In this document: positions 25,201 through 34,748 of the stretch, in pieces
How positions within the stretch are numbered: position 1 is the first letter of the stretch
Layout of the letters: each line of letters opens with the position of its first letter
NCBI GenBank assembly: GCA_003488415.1
Contig: DNLQ01000130.1
Span: 1 to 35,376 of the forward strand
Source of the DNA: Ruminococcus sp.
Lineage (GTDB): Bacteria; Bacillota; Clostridia; Oscillospirales; Ruminococcaceae
DNA: 35,376 nt
Direction of reading: 5' to 3'
Made by a program: the position numbers and the translations under genes
Notes under the pieces: generated by a model
Told to the model about the DNA's origin: nothing
The model's database searches: none
What the model saw: the letters and a program-made list of their open reading frames with translations, nothing else

Positions 25201-25996
25201 CTCCTATGGGAAAGCCTATGGATGCGAGATATACAGCGTCCTGTAGCTGGGCAGAGGTGACTTCGTGCCACGCGCCGGCTGCGTCGAAAACATAATTTTT
25301 CTCCCGTTCCGTACCCTTGTCGTACCTGACGATAGTTGAACGGGCATTTGACCTCGGCAGTATCTCGCTGTAGCCTTCTGCACGGACAATTTCAACGAGA
25401 GAGTTGTCATTGTGAATGCCATAGTCACTATTGTAGAGCTGAGCGTTTGTCGCATCAATTACGATGTGGTTGTTTTCAAAATAACCTAAAGCAGACCGAT
25501 TATCATCTGAAATATATACCTTGCCGCTGCCAAGCTGCATTTTCAGATTCAGAGAGCAGTTTTTGAACCTCTCGTATTGTACACCGTCAAAAATGTAATG
25601 ATTATATGTTCCGCTTACTATCCCTGAAAATGTAACTCGTTGTATATTGCTGCCGCTTGATAGATTAATAAGAGCATGTGAATAATGCGACGAATCCTGC
25701 TTGCTCAGAAAATCCAAAAAGCTTATATCATGCACTGAATTGTACATATAGAATACACCATATTCACCAGCCGCATTAAAATACAAATTATGTATTTCAG
25801 CACCATTTCCATCAAGTTCTGTACAAGTACAGTATATTCTTCCGATTCCCTCCGGTGCAATGCTGTTCATATCCCAGACCGTATCATCAGCGACCTTGAC
25901 GTATGCACCGGATGTGCCTATCGCCGTCACGAAATCAGGCCATGTGTCCACGATATACGGATCGTTCTGCGTTCCTGTGCCTGTCATCACAACCAC
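25193..25996 (-). CDS. Tail-associated protein, possible host-range determinant
   Basis: GTGTQNDPYIV and LDGNG..I.NL motifs; between Dit and Tal. Confidence 0.6.
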   Translation of the reverse strand: MVVMTGTGTQNDPYIVDTWPDFVTAIGTSGAYVKVADDTVWDMNSIAPEGIGRIYCTCTELDGNGAEIHNLYFNAAGEYGVFYMYNSVHDISFLDFLSKQDSSHYSHALINLSSGSNIQRVTFSGIVSGTYNHYIFDGVQYERFKNCSLNLKMQLGSGKVYISDDNRSALGYFENNHIVIDATNAQLYNSDYGIHNDNSLVEIVRAEGYSEILPRSNARSTIVRYDKGTEREKNYVFDAAGAWHEVTSAQLQDAVYLASIGFPIGVD

Positions 25997-26730
25997 CTCT
26001 CTCTCACATTTATCTGCATGGCGGTACAGTCTCCGGTATAGCGGATGTAGTTGGTGCCGGTATGCAGCAGAGGCATATCACCGGCGGTATACTGCGTCAT
26101 GCTGTATTTTGCACCGTTGCTGTCCTCATAGTAGATGATCGGGACTTCGCTGTCCGCAACTATCCACCAGTCCGCTGCCTCAGTGCCGGCTGCTGTTACC
26201 TCTGCCGGAATATCAATAGTAAGCTGCGAACCGTTCACATCTATTACAACTGAACCGCTACCGGGATGAAATCGCAGCTCAGGTTCGGAGTAAACGGACC
26301 CGCTGTTCATTATCTCTGTCCAGCCTGTCCCGGCTGATATCTCCGATATCGTCGGCTCTACCGCGTAGGCAAAGGGACTGAGACTGAAATGCACCGGAAG
26401 TTCGCCCATGAAGAGCGCCACCGCCTCCGGTGCAAGCTGCTGGACTTCGGCATTCAGATAAACGTCTTCCTCACCGGGAAGAACAAGCCTGCCTCTGCCA
26501 TGCAGCACCGAATATATGCTCCTGAGATTTTCAGGGGAAGCGTTTTCTATGACCGTCTCGATCGTCAGATCTGCACTCCTGTAGATGCCGGTACGCCGGA
26601 TGAGTTTCGATGTCCTGCCGGGGACTGATATCTCCCCAACTTCCTCCGCCCATGAAGGACGCACTACCGGCTTCGTGACAATCAGACCAAGCTCTTCACT
26701 GGAAATACCGTTCCAGAAGAATTCACTCAT
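25987..26730 (-). CDS. Distal tail protein (Dit)
   Basis: F.WNGISS..LGL...VPGR...PFAY...G.NYI; follows TMP. Confidence 0.8.
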   Translation of the reverse strand: MSEFFWNGISSEELGLIVTKPVVRPSWAEEVGEISVPGRTSKLIRRTGIYRSADLTIETVIENASPENLRSIYSVLHGRGRLVLPGEEDVYLNAEVQQLAPEAVALFMGELPVHFSLSPFAYAVEPTISEISAGTGWTEIMNSGSVYSEPELRFHPGSGSVVIDVNGSQLTIDIPAEVTAAGTEAADWWIVADSEVPIIYYEDSNGAKYSMTQYTAGDMPLLHTGTNYIRYTGDCTAMQINVRERWL

Positions 26731-29700
26731 ATACCTTTTCCCTCCTCGATACGCCGCTGTTCCGCAGCCAGTCTTTCTGCCAGTCTTGTAACATCATAGT
26801 CCGATGAGACTGCCGCATTCACTGTGATGTTGTTGTATATCAGCTTCTTTGCACCGTCTCCGCTGCCAACGGGAGTATTCTTTGCCGTCCTGCTCAGAGG
26901 CGTTACCTTCACTCCGCCGTTGATGAGCTCGATGAGCTCAGGACCTGCCTCAGCCACTATGCCTGCTCCGGATATCCAGCCGCCGGCTGCTTTATAGTCA
27001 GTCTTTGAAACATACCCGATCTTATAGTCGCCTTGACCGCCATTATATAGTTTTGCATCCCAATCACTGCTGATATTGTGCGTCTGTAAGCTGTTTGTTG
27101 CCCACATGTACCTTGTTGACCAGCTCTGGAACTCGGTGCCGAACAGTTCACCAAGAGAAGCACCGTTTTCCAATGCCCACTTCACCATTCCGGAAGTATC
27201 CGGATAGAAATTGCTCAGTGCCTCCTGCACCTTTTTTTCGAACTCTTCATCATAGCTGCCGGCAGTGAGAAGACCTGAATCCGCGCCCCATTCAAGAAGG
27301 TCGAGGATATCAAAACCACGGTCTATCTGTGTCTGTACAAGCGTCTTGAAATCGGTGCTGAACATATCGCCCACGTCAAGACCGGAATCCTTTCCCCATT
27401 TCGCCAGTGCAGAGATATCGAATCCCTTGTCCAGCATATCCTGCACTCTGTCCATGAACTCGCGGCTGAATACGTCTCTCAGGTCGTCAACTGCCAGAGC
27501 ACCTGCCTCAACAGTTTCGCCGAGGGATGAAAGCGCCTGATCCACAGCATACTGACTGCCTGCGTCTATTGCAAGTTCCATATCCGCCAGAGATCTTGTG
27601 ACCATTTCCCGGAACTTTTCCTGCCGTTTCTGAAGATCTGACTCATGCTCCAGCGCGTAACGGTCACCATAGTCGGAATCGTAGAGGATGCTGCTGACTT
27701 TGCTGTAGTCTTCACTTGCGAACGCCGTCTCAGCCTCTCTGAGCTGCGATTCCCAGCCAAGTGATCCCTCATATACACCCTGATTCTCGGTCATTAGCCT
27801 TTGATTCATTATGATCTCAGCGGAAGTGTCTTTCCACTGCTCGGATATGTCATACAGTTCCTGAACTATCTGATCGTACTCTTCATCGCTCAGGTTTTCA
27901 TACTTCCGGTCAAATTGTGCATTATGCCCCCTTGTTACAGAAAGCCAGTAATCATCAGGAGCATGTGTTGTCATTGAACTGCCTGTAATTTCTTTGAACC
28001 GCTCATCAGCTTTCATAAATTCCGGATCCGACATCAGTTCATTCCTTTTAGCATACGCCTCCTGATAAGCAGTCCGTGCATCCGCCTGCACTTTTCTCTG
28101 CTCTGTAGCCTGAGACATGAACTCGTCCAGATACATTGAAGCCTTTTTCTTCTCGATGAGCTTGTCCACCTCGGCTTCCATGTCCTTGTACCGGTCTATC
28201 TGGTTGCCGGTCATGGTGTACTCAGTGCCAAGAGCGGTATTCAGTTCCCCGAGAAGGTATTCCGCCCTTTTCTTGTCAGCATCCCGCACTTTTCCGGTGG
28301 AATCTGTCAGCTTGTCAAGTTCCTTCCAGAGATCCTTTGTGCGTTCTGTTTCGGCGTTGATATCCCCTGCTCGTTTGTAGAAATCGTCCTTCATGGAATT
28401 GAGACTTCCGCGCAGACCGTCCACTGCATCCAGTTCTTCTTTGTACTGCTCTTCCATTTTCTCGGTGGCTGTGAGTTCGTCGTGCTGAGCGTCCGTCAGC
28501 CACTGGAGAGCTGTCGTGAGAAGTCCCACAGCACCGACCGCCGCAACGATAGCCCCCTGCGGTCCTGTCATGGAAGTCAGCAGACCGACGAATTTTGCGG
28601 TCTTATCGTAGAGCTTGTATGAAAGGTATGCAGCAGCAGCCGTCTTTATCAGCGGCATCAGTGCCTGCACCGCACTAATTACCTTCGGTACATTCCGTAT
28701 AGCAAAGCTCAGACCGTCAGCTCCGGCACGAAAGACCTTTGAAAGTGCACTCTGTATCTCCGGCATGTGCTTTGTTATGTACTGCACTCCTTCGCGGAGC
28801 ACCGGTTCCAGTTCCTTGGAGAGCGATATCTTCATACCGTCCACAGCGCTCTGCATTACTGTCATATCACCTTGCAGATTATCCATCATAGTCGTGGACA
28901 TATCAGTTGCTGCGCCGTCACAGTCTCTTATAGCACCGGAAAGCTTTTCCACATCCTCCGGCGCTGCATTCATAAGAGCAAGCCAGCCGGACAGAGCATT
29001 CGTGCCGGCGATAGTCTTGCCGTAGGATGTCTGCTGCTCATCTGTCAGCCCTTTCCACGCTTCTCTTGTCTCATTGAGAACGTCACCGAAGTCCCGGGCT
29101 GAGCCGTCAGCATTGTAGAACTGCACTCCGAGTTCCTCAGTCAGAGTGCCAAGAGCACCCAGACTGTTCTTACTTGCTCCGGCATCTGTGGAAAGTCTTG
29201 TTATGATAGAACGCAGCGCAGTTCCTGCCTGAGTTGATTTGATGCCGGCATTAGCCATAAGACCTATAGCCTCGGCAGTATCCTCAATGGAATAGCTCAT
29301 TGCGCCGGCAACGGGAGCGACATACTTGAACGTTTCGCCCATCATGCTGACATTGGTGTTCGCGTTGGAGGATGCAGCTGCAAGAACGTCCGCAAAGTGT
29401 CCGGCATTATCGGCGCTGAGTCCGAAAGCAGTCATAGCGTCTGTCACGATATCGGATGTCGTTGCCAGATCCTCACCGGATGCAGCTGCAAGTGAGAGTA
29501 TACCGTCTATACCGCCCAGCATATCCTCAGTCTTCCAGCCTGCCATAGCCATGTAGTTGAAAGCCTCTGCTGATTCTGAGGCAGTGAATTTTGTGGAAGC
29601 GCCCATTTCCTCAGCCTTAGCCGTCAGGCGCTCCAGTTCATCACCGGTCGCACCGGATATGGCAGCCACCTGAGACATGCCAGCCTCAAAGTCAGCTCCG

Positions 29701-30257
29701 GTCTTCACCACATCCACAGTGAAGTCCTTCAGTTCCCTTGCTGCCATTTTTATGCCGTCTGCCACAAGGTCACCGAGGGCGACAGTCATGGCAGATATGC
29801 CTCCGCTTGCTGTGGAGTCAGCTGCTTCTCCCAGTTCCTTCACATCACCGGAAGTATCGCCTGCATCATCGCCGAGGGCACGGACCTTTTCATCTGCATC
29901 TTTAAGTCCGTTCTCATAGCGCCCGACTTCTGAACGTGTGTTTTCTATCTCTCTCTGGAATGCCCTGTACTGTTCCTCGTTGACAGCACCTTTGCTGAAT
30001 TCCTCATTCACCTGCGCCTGTGCATCCTCCAGCAGTTTCAGCTTTTCACGGCTTTTTTCCAGAGCGTCATTGAGCAGTTCCTGCTTCTGTGACCACAGCA
30101 CAGCGGAATCAGGAGCTTTTTTCAGGGAATTCTCCACCTCTCTCAGCTCTGATGCTGTCTTCTTTCCGGCTGTCTCGACGCCTTTCAGCGCTTTGTCAAG
30201 TCCGACTGTATCCGCACCGATCTGTATGGTGATGCCCTTGATCGCTTTACCTGCCAT
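26727..30257 (-). CDS. Tail tape measure protein (TP901-like core)
   Basis: IKGITIQIGADT, FEAGMSQVAAISGA, STKFTASESAEA..YMAMAGW; 1176 aa. Confidence 0.95.
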   Translation of the reverse strand: MAGKAIKGITIQIGADTVGLDKALKGVETAGKKTASELREVENSLKKAPDSAVLWSQKQELLNDALEKSREKLKLLEDAQAQVNEEFSKGAVNEEQYRAFQREIENTRSEVGRYENGLKDADEKVRALGDDAGDTSGDVKELGEAADSTASGGISAMTVALGDLVADGIKMAARELKDFTVDVVKTGADFEAGMSQVAAISGATGDELERLTAKAEEMGASTKFTASESAEAFNYMAMAGWKTEDMLGGIDGILSLAAASGEDLATTSDIVTDAMTAFGLSADNAGHFADVLAAASSNANTNVSMMGETFKYVAPVAGAMSYSIEDTAEAIGLMANAGIKSTQAGTALRSIITRLSTDAGASKNSLGALGTLTEELGVQFYNADGSARDFGDVLNETREAWKGLTDEQQTSYGKTIAGTNALSGWLALMNAAPEDVEKLSGAIRDCDGAATDMSTTMMDNLQGDMTVMQSAVDGMKISLSKELEPVLREGVQYITKHMPEIQSALSKVFRAGADGLSFAIRNVPKVISAVQALMPLIKTAAAAYLSYKLYDKTAKFVGLLTSMTGPQGAIVAAVGAVGLLTTALQWLTDAQHDELTATEKMEEQYKEELDAVDGLRGSLNSMKDDFYKRAGDINAETERTKDLWKELDKLTDSTGKVRDADKKRAEYLLGELNTALGTEYTMTGNQIDRYKDMEAEVDKLIEKKKASMYLDEFMSQATEQRKVQADARTAYQEAYAKRNELMSDPEFMKADERFKEITGSSMTTHAPDDYWLSVTRGHNAQFDRKYENLSDEEYDQIVQELYDISEQWKDTSAEIIMNQRLMTENQGVYEGSLGWESQLREAETAFASEDYSKVSSILYDSDYGDRYALEHESDLQKRQEKFREMVTRSLADMELAIDAGSQYAVDQALSSLGETVEAGALAVDDLRDVFSREFMDRVQDMLDKGFDISALAKWGKDSGLDVGDMFSTDFKTLVQTQIDRGFDILDLLEWGADSGLLTAGSYDEEFEKKVQEALSNFYPDTSGMVKWALENGASLGELFGTEFQSWSTRYMWATNSLQTHNISSDWDAKLYNGGQGDYKIGYVSKTDYKAAGGWISGAGIVAEAGPELIELINGGVKVTPLSRTAKNTPVGSGDGAKKLIYNNITVNAAVSSDYDVTRLAERLAAEQRRIEEGKGI

Positions 30258-30528
30258 TCTTTCCGAACCTCCTCAGTGCCTCACGGTCTGGCTCCGTCTG
30301 CTGATAGTAATATGCGTTCTCCAGATATTCCCTGCCCGCCTCGCTCCTGCTGCATCCCCAGACCACTGCGTCATGAAGGTAGCCGAAGTATTCAAACAGG
30401 TCCAGTTCCTCCACCTCACGGAAGCTGAGTCTCGTGTAATCTGATACAAGCTTCTCATCACCGGTGGGATTCTTGAAATACGCCTTATCCTCTCCGTCTC
30501 CGGGATAATAAGGCGTTATGAGTTTGGG
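30247..30528 (-). CDS. Tail assembly chaperone C-terminal part (gpGT-like, via -1 frameshift)
   Basis: C CCA AAC slippery site at 30522-30528; -1 frame open to TAA 30247, encoding ...GREYLENAYYYQQTEPDREALR. Confidence 0.8.
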   Translation of the reverse strand, partial: PKLITPYYPGDGEDKAYFKNPTGDEKLVSDYTRLSFREVEELDLFEYFGYLHDAVVWGCSRSEAGREYLENAYYYQQTEPDREALRRFGKNGR

Positions 30529-30785
30529 TCAGCGCTCCGCTCGGTATTTATCCAGGAATTCAGTCCGCGCATGAACCTGCTCAGGTCATCAACAGTGAAA
30601 TTGTCGATGACATATTCCTCAGTCACAGCAATACCCTCATCATTGGCAGTGCATATCTCTGCCACTGCACGGAAGAGCTGTGCATCGTTCTTTGCCGTGA
30701 GCAGCCCCTTGTAGTACTGTCTCAGTGTAGGCGGCTTGATATTCAGAACCGTTCCGTTGTCAAGTGTGAATCTGTATCTTCTCAT
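30516..30785 (-). CDS. Tail assembly chaperone (gpG-like)
   Basis: Between major tail gene and TMP; ends DPNS at slippery site. Confidence 0.8.
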   Translation of the reverse strand: MRRYRFTLDNGTVLNIKPPTLRQYYKGLLTAKNDAQLFRAVAEICTANDEGIAVTEEYVIDNFTVDDLSRFMRGLNSWINTERSADPNS

Positions 30786-30805
30786 AGTAAGCTCCTTTGA
30801 TTATA

Positions 30806-30834
30806 GAAAACGGGACGCCGTCAGACAGCGTCCC
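30806..30834 (-). terminator. Terminator after major tail gene
   Basis: GGGACGC-loop-GCGTCCC followed by GTTTTC. Confidence 0.6.
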
Positions 30835-30840
30835 TTAGTC

Positions 30841-31428
30841 TTAATTATTATTTCCGGATGAAGCGGCTTCGACTATCTCCTCTTCGTGGATGAGAAGGGT
30901 GCCGTCAGCATCAAGTTTGGGTTCAAGCTCGAAAGTAGGATTGAGCACGGTCTCCTGTGTGGGCGACCATACCGCCTCCCAGCCGCCAGTGTTGACACCG
31001 ACACCGGTTATCCTCACATCTCCGTCAACAGCGTCCTTGTGTACACCGCGGATGAGATAGCGCTTTCCGTCGTCGTTGGTTATGCCGCCGATCTTAGTGG
31101 TGCGCTTGCCGTCGGCCTCAGTAACTCTTGCTGTGGCAATGAGCTTCTTCAGCGTGTTTCCGTTCCAGGTGATATTACCGTAGGCTATTGAAGCGTTCTC
31201 ACCGGTGAGCTTGCGCTTCTTGGCCTTTCCGTCATCTGATTCAGCCAGATACCATGTGGCATTGTAACGGACGGTAGCACCGTTCTTTGTACGTCCTATC
31301 ATGTTGGCTTCTGTCTCAATGACGTTGTCCGCCGGGATAGTTCCTCCGGTGAATTCCACGATGTAGAAATCCATGGAGCCGAGAGGTATGCGGTTAAGTT
31401 CTTTAGTCTGTGTATGTGACATTCTCAT
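30841..31428 (-). CDS. Major tail protein
   Basis: IPLGS...IGRTKNGATV.Y...ETVLNPTF; position. Confidence 0.8.
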   Translation of the reverse strand: MRMSHTQTKELNRIPLGSMDFYIVEFTGGTIPADNVIETEANMIGRTKNGATVRYNATWYLAESDDGKAKKRKLTGENASIAYGNITWNGNTLKKLIATARVTEADGKRTTKIGGITNDDGKRYLIRGVHKDAVDGDVRITGVGVNTGGWEAVWSPTQETVLNPTFELEPKLDADGTLLIHEEEIVEAASSGNNN

Positions 31429-31753
31429 TTCCTCCTGTTTTTATTATTGTATCGAAAGAAAATGCAGTCATCAGCATCTTCTCTTCGCTCAGATATACAT
31501 CTGCGGACTTTTTTATCTCCCTGTCCGCAAAAAGGGATTCTATCTGCCGTTCAATAGCCGGCAGCTTTCTGTCCGAGTACATTTCAACTGTTATCTCAGT
31601 TTCGCGCAGGAGATCCAGTGTATCAGCTCCGCGGATGTCCGTACCGGATTCATAGTACACTATGAACGGCAGTTTCTGTGGTTTGCTGAACATCATGTAG
31701 GCTACAGGAACACCTATCGTGTCAAGCTTTGATTTTATCTCACTGAGTTCCAT
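31403..31753 (-). CDS. Tail terminator/completion protein
   Basis: GVPVAY..F...LPFIVY...AD...VEMYSD.K; position. Confidence 0.75.
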   Translation of the reverse strand: MELSEIKSKLDTIGVPVAYMMFSKPQKLPFIVYYESGTDIRGADTLDLLRETEITVEMYSDRKLPAIERQIESLFADREIKKSADVYLSEEKMLMTAFSFDTIIKTGGNENVTYTD

Positions 31754-32130
31754 TACAGTCCCTCCAGAAGTTTATCTGTCTTCTTTTCCGCATGCTCCTG
31801 AGCTGTGCTGATATGAGGTATAGCCCTTGCACGGGTAGTCCCGTCACGGTTCAGGTGACCTTTTTCCAGCAGATGAGTCAGGCGGTAGTGTCTTCCTCCG
31901 GCATAGACTGTCACGGTCATGCTGCCGCGGACCTTTTCGAAACGTGTTTTCCAGCTGCGCCGGTAAGCGCCCTTGTCAACCGGTGAGAGTGCCCTGACTT
32001 CCCCGGCAGCTTCCTCACCTATGGTCTTTATGCCTTCCTCTACCTTCTCCGTGATCTCCTCCGTGAACTCCGCGCAGCACTCCGTCAGTGACTTTACAAA
32101 GTCATCAGGTGTTATGCTCATCCCTGACAC
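31753..32130 (-). CDS. HK97 gp10-like neck protein
   Basis: SPVDKGAYRRSW...YRLTHLLEKGH...PHI. Confidence 0.8.
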   Translation of the reverse strand: MSGMSITPDDFVKSLTECCAEFTEEITEKVEEGIKTIGEEAAGEVRALSPVDKGAYRRSWKTRFEKVRGSMTVTVYAGGRHYRLTHLLEKGHLNRDGTTRARAIPHISTAQEHAEKKTDKLLEGL

Positions 32131-32452
32131 CTCCGTTATGCTGCTCAGCCCTTATTACAAGTTCCCGGTGCTGCTCATTTACGTCGTCAATGTGCTTCAC
32201 ATCGTATATAAGTCCTTTGTAGACTATCCTCAGCTCAGATGAGAGTTTCCCTTCCATGCAGGATGAATAGCGTATCCTGAACTGCATATCGTTCTCGGAG
32301 TTTACCTGTGCGGCTGCATAGTATTCCCTTCCGCCTGTGCCGATTATCTCCGCCCATGGACGGAAAAGTACAGTCCAATGGGAGAGGTCATTGCCGATAT
32401 CGTCCTGTTCTTCGGTGAGATACTGTATCTCGATCTTTTTGTTGTATGCCAT
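32105..32452 (-). CDS. Head closure protein (SPP1 gp16-like)
   Basis: DDIGN...W...WA....GREYYAA...FRIRY...RIVYKG..YDV. Confidence 0.85.
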   Translation of the reverse strand: MAYNKKIEIQYLTEEQDDIGNDLSHWTVLFRPWAEIIGTGGREYYAAAQVNSENDMQFRIRYSSCMEGKLSSELRIVYKGLIYDVKHIDDVNEQHRELVIRAEQHNGGVRDEHNT

Positions 32453-32456
32453 AGCA

Positions 32457-32747
32457 TCACCCCAGATGATTCACGGCATACATGCTGAGTATGGTCTTTA
32501 CCGTGGGAGATACCTGCCTGTGAAGGCTCAGTGTGTAGTCCCTCTGAGTGAACATATCATTTACCAGCACCATGCAGGCGATAGTTATATCATCGTGCTC
32601 ATCGCACTTAGTATCATCAAGCCCGGTATAGCCTTTGACATATGCCTTTGCGGCAGATATGAGTGCTGTGATGATATCATCACTGTCGCTGTCTGAGATA
32701 CCGCAGTAGTCTTTTACGATCTCCGGTGTGAGCTCGCTCATCTTCAT
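32457..32747 (-). CDS. Head-tail connector (HK97 gp6-like)
   Basis: VKDY......DD.II..LI.AA..YV..YTG...LV.DMF..R. Confidence 0.85.
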   Translation of the reverse strand: MKMSELTPEIVKDYCGISDSDSDDIITALISAAKAYVKGYTGLDDTKCDEHDDITIACMVLVNDMFTQRDYTLSLHRQVSPTVKTILSMYAVNHLG

Positions 32748-32807
32748 ATCGCTACCGCCTTTCTTTATGAATTAAGCGGACAAGCTCTCACCTGTCCGCT
32801 GCATTGT

Positions 32808-33962
32808 TTATGATGCCTTGATCTTGAGCACAGCAAGCTTCTGCTCATCTGTTACCTTTGAATCGAACTCGAACCACGCATCAATGCCGATAGCATGCTG
32901 AGTGTGGTATGCTTCCCTGAGTACCTCGATACCGATATCCTCACGGAAGTTCACGGAGAGTCCGCTGTAGTCACCGTAGAGGACAGCAAGCTTGTTGCCG
33001 CCGATCTCGTCCATATTATCAGAGAGATGCACAGGCTTTCCGAGAAGTCTGAAGGGGAATTCCGCTGTAACATCAGGCTGGATAAGAGGTCTGTTGTCGC
33101 CGTCTTTGAGCTGTTTGAGTGCAGTGAAAGTATTGGATGTCATTGTCCAGCAGGAGTTTTTCTGATACTTCTGCTTTACAGCAGCCTGAAGTGCGATAAG
33201 ATCATCCAAACCGATAGCAAGCGCAGTGCCGGTAGTCACCACATTGCTTGTCTTGGTAGCGCCCTGAGCTGCGGAAGAACCTGAGCCCTTGAGCAGCTCC
33301 TGTTCAAGGAACTGTGCCACTTTCTCAGCGATCTTGTTGATGACGAAATTTGTCACATTGATCGCTGAACTGTTTATAACGCTCTTTCCGATAAGAACGA
33401 GAGCACCTGCAAGGTATCCGCCCAGATCCACCGATGTGAACTTGCCGCTGTCAGCTGTGAGCGGAGTGAACTCAGTTGCATAGGCTACAGTCACATCGTG
33501 GGTGCTGTTCGCCTTTGTCCACTTGGGGATCTTGAGCGTGCCTTTTTCGTGGTACACCTCAGCTCCTGCGAGAATGGGACACATATCAACTGCTGCATCG
33601 ATGATACGCTTGGCGATAGTCGTAGGCACTGTTGATGCACCGTTAGTCCAGTCGATGTTCTGTTCGCCTGCTCTCATCTCGGTGATCTTGCCGCCTATGA
33701 AGTCAGCGAAAGCTCTCTCCTCGATCTGCTCCTGTGTGAGCTGTTCAGCCTTGGGAGCTGCCTGAGGTGCAGGGAGATCAGCTATCCCCTTCGCTCTCTC
33801 CTCCGCCTTGATAGTAGCATCAAGCTGCCTGATCTCAGCCTCTGTCTCGTCAAACTTCTTTGCCTCCTCTTCTGTAAAGGCTCTGTTTTCGGTCTTTACA
33901 GCTTCCAGCATGGAATTGAGAAGGACTACAAGTCCGGCTCTTCTTTCGATAAGTTTCTTCAT
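32808..33962 (-). CDS. Major capsid protein, HK97 family with delta domain
   Basis: N-terminal coiled coil, VPTTIA..II, LKDGDNRP, LLGKPV..SDNM, YGDYS; RBS AAGGAGG. Confidence 0.95.
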   Translation of the reverse strand: MKKLIERRAGLVVLLNSMLEAVKTENRAFTEEEAKKFDETEAEIRQLDATIKAEERAKGIADLPAPQAAPKAEQLTQEQIEERAFADFIGGKITEMRAGEQNIDWTNGASTVPTTIAKRIIDAAVDMCPILAGAEVYHEKGTLKIPKWTKANSTHDVTVAYATEFTPLTADSGKFTSVDLGGYLAGALVLIGKSVINSSAINVTNFVINKIAEKVAQFLEQELLKGSGSSAAQGATKTSNVVTTGTALAIGLDDLIALQAAVKQKYQKNSCWTMTSNTFTALKQLKDGDNRPLIQPDVTAEFPFRLLGKPVHLSDNMDEIGGNKLAVLYGDYSGLSVNFREDIGIEVLREAYHTQHAIGIDAWFEFDSKVTDEQKLAVLKIKAS

Positions 33963-33986
33963 GGATTTTTCCTCCTTTAAATGGGT

Positions 33987-34038
33987 ATAAAAATAGCACC
34001 TGCGAGGGACATTTGTGTCCTTAGCAAATGCTTTTTTG
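33987..34038 (-). terminator. Terminator-like hairpin upstream of capsid gene
   Basis: AAAAAGCATTTGC-TAA-GGACA-CAAA-TGTCC-CTC-GCAGGTGCTATTTTTAT. Confidence 0.55.
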
Positions 34039-34100
34039 CGTTTTATGAGCGTATCATAAGCATGAGATACGCATTTTATGAGCGTTTTGCGTATTTTAGG

Positions 34101-34130
34101 CATAAGAAAACCGCTCTCAATGAGGGCGGT
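34101..34130 (-). terminator. Intrinsic terminator ending protease cassette
   Basis: ACCGCCCTCATTGAGAGCGGT-TTTCTTATG. Confidence 0.75.
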
Positions 34131-34137
34131 AACTCGA

Positions 34138-34335
34138 TTATTCTGCTCTTTCCCTTAAAAAAGGCTCTTCATAAGCAGCTATATCACTTGTAGTTGCATC
34201 TGGATGATCTTTTAAGTAGTTGATTATATATTCTGCATATCCCTCATATGTTTCGGCTGCTCGAAATACCCAACGTTCAAAGTCTTCATATGTATCAGGA
34301 ACAGATTTTATAAGCATTTTAAACTCATCATTCAT
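34138..34335 (-). CDS. Putative immunity protein
   Basis: 65 aa, acidic (VPDTYEDF...IINYLKDHPDATTSDI); RBS AAGGGGTGA; follows toxin-like domain. Confidence 0.65.
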   Translation of the reverse strand: MNDEFKMLIKSVPDTYEDFERWVFRAAETYEGYAEYIINYLKDHPDATTSDIAAYEEPFLRERAE

Positions 34336-34346
34336 ATAATCACCCC

Positions 34347-34748
34347 TTAATCATTTTTCCATTTTGAAAAAATGTTATAATCGTTATATCCACGTATTTC
34401 AAATTTATAGGTATATTTTGACGTACTGTGAAAGCCTATACTCTTGCCTTTATACTTAGATTCATAGTTATCATCGATTTGCCTTATAACAGTGCCATAT
34501 TCTTTCTTAGGTAAATGTAATTCAGGATAGGTATATGGTTTTCCATCGAAATCATTCTTGATTTCTTCTTTACCATATTGTACACCATCATCTGATGATT
34601 TGTCAACACTTTTCTTCGTGCTCCCGCCACCTCCGGTATCCGGATCGTGATGATAGAGCTTTCGACTTCCGCCGCCTATACTCCTGCTGCCATTCATTTT
34701 ACCATTCGGCAGCTGAATGTACTGGCGATACCGGAGCTCAATTGCCCT
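34347..34748 (-). CDS. Toxin-like C-terminal extension in frame with protease, behind TGA
   Basis: Frame continues RAIELRYRQYIQLPNGKMNGSRSIGGG..., matching the portal linker; no clear RBS for ATG 34697. Confidence 0.65.
   Translation of the reverse strand, partial: RAIELRYRQYIQLPNGKMNGSRSIGGGSRKLYHHDPDTGGGGSTKKSVDKSSDDGVQYGKEEIKNDFDGKPYTYPELHLPKKEYGTVIRQIDDNYESKYKGKSIGFHSTSKYTYKFEIRGYNDYNIFSKWKND
34577..34606 (-). promoter_or_regulatory. Intragenic sigma-A promoter
   Basis: TTGACA-18nt-TACAAT in codons VDKSSDDGVQY. Confidence 0.55.

Noticed and set aside
23087..25996. Diversity-generating retroelement acting on tail genes
   Set aside because: No reverse transcriptase and no template/variable repeat pair seen
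30273..30461. 62-aa ORF as chaperone
   Set aside because: Wrong frame; the -1 frameshift frame carries the recognisable sequence
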